A DNA stretch of 64,000 bases from Macrostomum lignano (Eukaryota), in assembly GCA_002269645.1 (NCBI GenBank), contig NIVC01001661.1, positions 124,001 to 188,000 of the forward strand, in the 5' to 3' direction. The notes under the pieces were generated by a model, which made no database searches, was not told the DNA's origin, and saw only the letters and a program-made list of their open reading frames with translations. A program made the position numbers and the translations under genes. Shown here piece by piece: positions 60,381-64,000 of this stretch (the first letter of the stretch is position 1; each line of letters starts with the position of its first letter).

Positions 60381-63300
60381 GATGACGGACAATGAGGAAA
60401 CTGGGGATTTGGCATGAGGAAATCGGGAACTGGGTTTCTTTTTCGTCAAAAACTTGATATCAGCTGGTTGAATAAATATTATTAGCTAGTACTGTTAATA
60501 TAATCACTTTGTTCTATGCTATGAATTCTTCACTGTTTTGATAGTTATACTACAATATATCTTAGATAGACGACTAGGAGTTGAAACTATTGTTGAGCTT
60601 GAAATTCTTAGAGAAATGCCCACATACAAATGTAGATGACCATTACCAAAATATAACTTTTAATACAAATTTGCTAGTATGGTTATAAATTTTATTTTCT
60701 AAATAAACAATATTTCAAGATTATACTTGTCTCATTAGTAGTTGATTTTAATCCTTCCTATACTAAATCACAAAAGTTATCACTAAACTCAAAGGCTAAG
60801 GAGTTTAGTTAAACTGTACCAAAAAATCAGGGATTTAAATAATACTAAGCTCAAGGATAAAAGACTTATCTAAGTCTTACTTTAAGTGAGAGGAACTAGG
60901 TTCTATAATACACATACAAATCTAATATGATTGATATACTCAAGAAAAGGAATTTAGATACAACAGCTAGACATGAATTTAGCCTTTATATGTATATAAT
61001 CAATGATAAGGGATTACCATTATTATAGGCATATACAAGGAGTCCATTCAGTAACTATAAAAATGTAACAAAAAACTGGGAAGTTACATAATTCTATAAT
61101 CTTTCAAAGTAGCATCCTTTGCATAGCTGCAATCAGGCATTGCTAGCACTCTGGCAGATTCCTGACTCTATCAGCAGTGCTGGAATCACAGCTATTGGAA
61201 AACTTGGACAATTGTATCAAAAAGCTAATTGATGCAGTAGTAGTAATAGCCTCAAAGCTGATTTTTTTAACTTAAGAAGTAAAAGTTGCAGGAATTTATG
61301 TTAACAGAATATGAAAGGTATAGCAATATTTCCCAACTATAGTTCTCCAGTGGCTCCTTTAAAGTCCTAGCTATATAAGAATCTAAATTGTCATAGATCA
61401 CCATGCTTTATGTGCTTTATCTTTGAAATGGGCATACCATTTGTAAACCACTCACTCAGTAAAGGCATGTTGCCAAAAGGCTTCAAAAGTTGTCAATGAA
61501 CTTGTGCAGCTGGTGTTCTTCATAGATTTTTTTAATATATGAGCATTGCTCAAAATTGCCCTCTTCATCCATGATTCAGCTATTTTAGGCAGGTGAAAAA
61601 ACCCTAGGTTGAAAAAGTTGTGCTGGCTCTTTGAAAAACTCAAGCTTATAACTAAGATTTTTGCTATATAGAGTATAGGTGCATATGAAAATATTAGTAT
61701 GGCTAAGCTACTTACTTTTCATCTATGGTAAAATGTGTGGTTACTAAATGGACTTTTAGGATATCCCTTATAAATATACACATAAATTATGCAAAATTCT
61801 GAATTTTACTAAGCTAGTTCAAGATGGGCAAGCCAGCAAGGACCTTACAAAATGTGAACCCATCCTTAATCAGATAGGGTAGCAACTGCATACACTAAAA
61901 ATGATGTTTTTCAAATTGCTGTTTAAGAATGCTACATAGTAGAGGCATGCAGTTTTTGCTGAAATGTTTCCTAGGCCTTTTAGTTCATATAGGTTTGGTT
62001 GTCAAGGCCACTTTTTTGGTTGCCATGGCAATGAAAAACTTTTTTTTTTCAATTTGCTCAAAAATTTTGATCAAAAAAGGATTGACTATATGCTGTCATC
62101 TAATGGCTCATTCCATATAAGATTGACATATTTGGAAAATAGAAAAAAGTCAATATTTTTGCTTGCCATTGCCTAATTAGCCTATTTTTTTACCAAATGT
62201 TTATATTGTGCAATATATACAATCTAAGAATAAAGGAATGGTAAAATGTTGGATTAGTATGTTATCAATTGGCAAAAAGTCATTTTTGTAAAAATTTGGA
62301 CATTTTTCGAAGCAAAAGACATCATTAAGATTTTGTACCTTTTAAAAACAAATAGAAAGCTTTTGAAGGTTGAAACAAACTATAGATAAAAGTATAGTAC
62401 TTGCATCATCAGATAAAAGCATTGGTGACCAAATAATCTATTATATTTTTAATGTATTAGTACCTCAAAGTTACTGAATTGACAGAAAAAAATATGTTAC
62501 GACCATAATGTTACGACCATAAGGCTGCCTTTTCTTTTGTATCTTTGTTGCCTTTTGAGTTTATATATTCTAATAAAAGAGTATGATTTCTAAAGATGTT
62601 CTTAGTCAAATTTTAAAAATGTATTGCAAAATATCAAAAATGAAAAATGTTATAAGACTTTTACCTTTTAGTTTCTATATGTCAAAAATCCTGTCGTTAC
62701 GACCATAAGTGTCATTTAAAGTTTAATAGCATCTATACTAATGATGATATCTATATGAAACTCTATAAATATATTCTAGACAAAATAATCTTTCATTTAA
62801 AATATTGGTTTAGTATATTCTATTATTAGATTTCATTTTATAAGTAAAAATAACCTGTCATGTTACGACCATGCTTATATGGAATGAGCCTAATGCTCTA
62901 TATGAGCTTGAGGGCATTTATAAGCTATAATAATAGGATAATTTTTAGTGCATAAGCACTTTTTATATCAAAAAGTAAAAAATGTTTTTGAGGTGCAAAA
63001 ATTTTCATTTTTCAAAGTTTGGTATGAAGCAGCTCAAAGCATCAGCATGATCATTGAGCTGCTAAACAATCAACAAAACATCTAGGGCTATTGAGTGAAG
63101 GCATGTGCATTTTTCCAGTGTGCATTTTTTTACAAAAAACTAAGCAAAAAAGAGTTTTATTCAATCTTTAAGAAGGTTGAAAAAAGCAGCTATAGAAAAT
63201 GCACTTTTAAAGTACATGTGTACTTTTTGTGCATTAGAAAATATAATGATTTGAAAATATATAATTAAATGCAATTTGGCATGTTTCTATCTTATATCAT

Positions 63301-63554
63301 TTTGTTTTGTTTAGTTTCATTGCAGTATTGCAATTGTGAGAATTTAAAATACATTTCACGTCTTTGCATGAGCCAAACCTCCCTGTCTCCCCAAACTTAC
63401 TCATTGGTTCTTACTAAAAAAGTGATCATTCTCTAGAAGGTAGGTAATAGAAGTATAAAAAATAAACAAGTAGCTATAAACAATTTTTAATTCAAATTCT
63501 TTGAGTATTTAAGCATATGTATTTTATATACATTGCTTAAAGAATTGCTTAATA

Positions 63555-64000
63555 GAGTGAATTTCGATGAATATTGGTTTCACGGAGAAGATTTTGATAG
63601 AGTTCTGTTTCATGGAGAGGATTTTGATGGATTTAAGCTTCATGGAGAGGATTTAATGGATTTCAGTTTCACGGAGAGGATTTTGATGGAGTTCTGTTTC
63701 ACAGAAAGGATTTTGATGGATTTCAGTTTCATGGAGAGGATTTTGATGAGTTTCTATTTCATGGAGAGAATTTTGATGGGTTTCTATTTCACAGAGAGAA
63801 TTTTGATGAATATCTGTTTCACAGAGAGAATTTAGATGAATATCTGTTTCACAGAGAGAATTTTGATGAATATCTGTTTCACAAAGAGATTTTTGATGAA
63901 TATCTGTTTCACAGAGAGAATTTTGATGAATATCTGTTTCACAAAGAGATTTTTGATGAATATCTGTTTTACAGAGAGAATTTTGATGAGTATCTGTTTC
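63555..64000 (-). repeat. 30-bp minisatellite, same family as 1-480, inverted
   Basis: Minus-strand unit AATTCTCTCTGTGAAACAGATATTCATCAA; runs off the window end. Confidence 0.9.

Overview
This is eukaryotic (metazoan) genomic DNA. It has GC-rich exons with poly-Gln/Ala tracts, most larger introns carry tandem repeats, and splice acceptors sit just upstream of several start codons. That pattern suggests a flatworm such as Macrostomum, which is an inference. I reconstructed eight protein-coding genes by hand using GT-AG junctions and exon phase. On the + strand: RIC1 (14 exons, 1610 aa), an intronless RSL24D1/RLP24 CDS, and a secreted Cys-rich protein with an antistasin-like module. On the - strand: a ~1060-aa coiled-coil/ankyrin/unknown-domain gene that needs a 7-nt micro-exon, an SLC6 (GlyT-like) transporter with altered Na1-site residues and one surplus base at the exon 2/3 junction, YPEL5, an OSR1/SPAK/Fray kinase, and RTCB (505 aa). 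Mobile DNA includes an internally deleted mariner, four copies of a tRNA-derived SINE, one CORE-type SINE, a LINE 3' remnant and hAT-like MITEs. About 30 minisatellite arrays are present, and one 30-bp family sits in inverted orientation at both window ends. I found no CRISPR array, rRNA gene or bona fide tRNA gene. The best leads are the unknown ankyrin gene with its micro-exon, the SLC6 ion-site changes, candidate trans-splicing/operons, a possible antisense spliced transcript enclosing RSL24D1, and the CORE-SINE. All coordinates and alignments were made by eye, with no database search.
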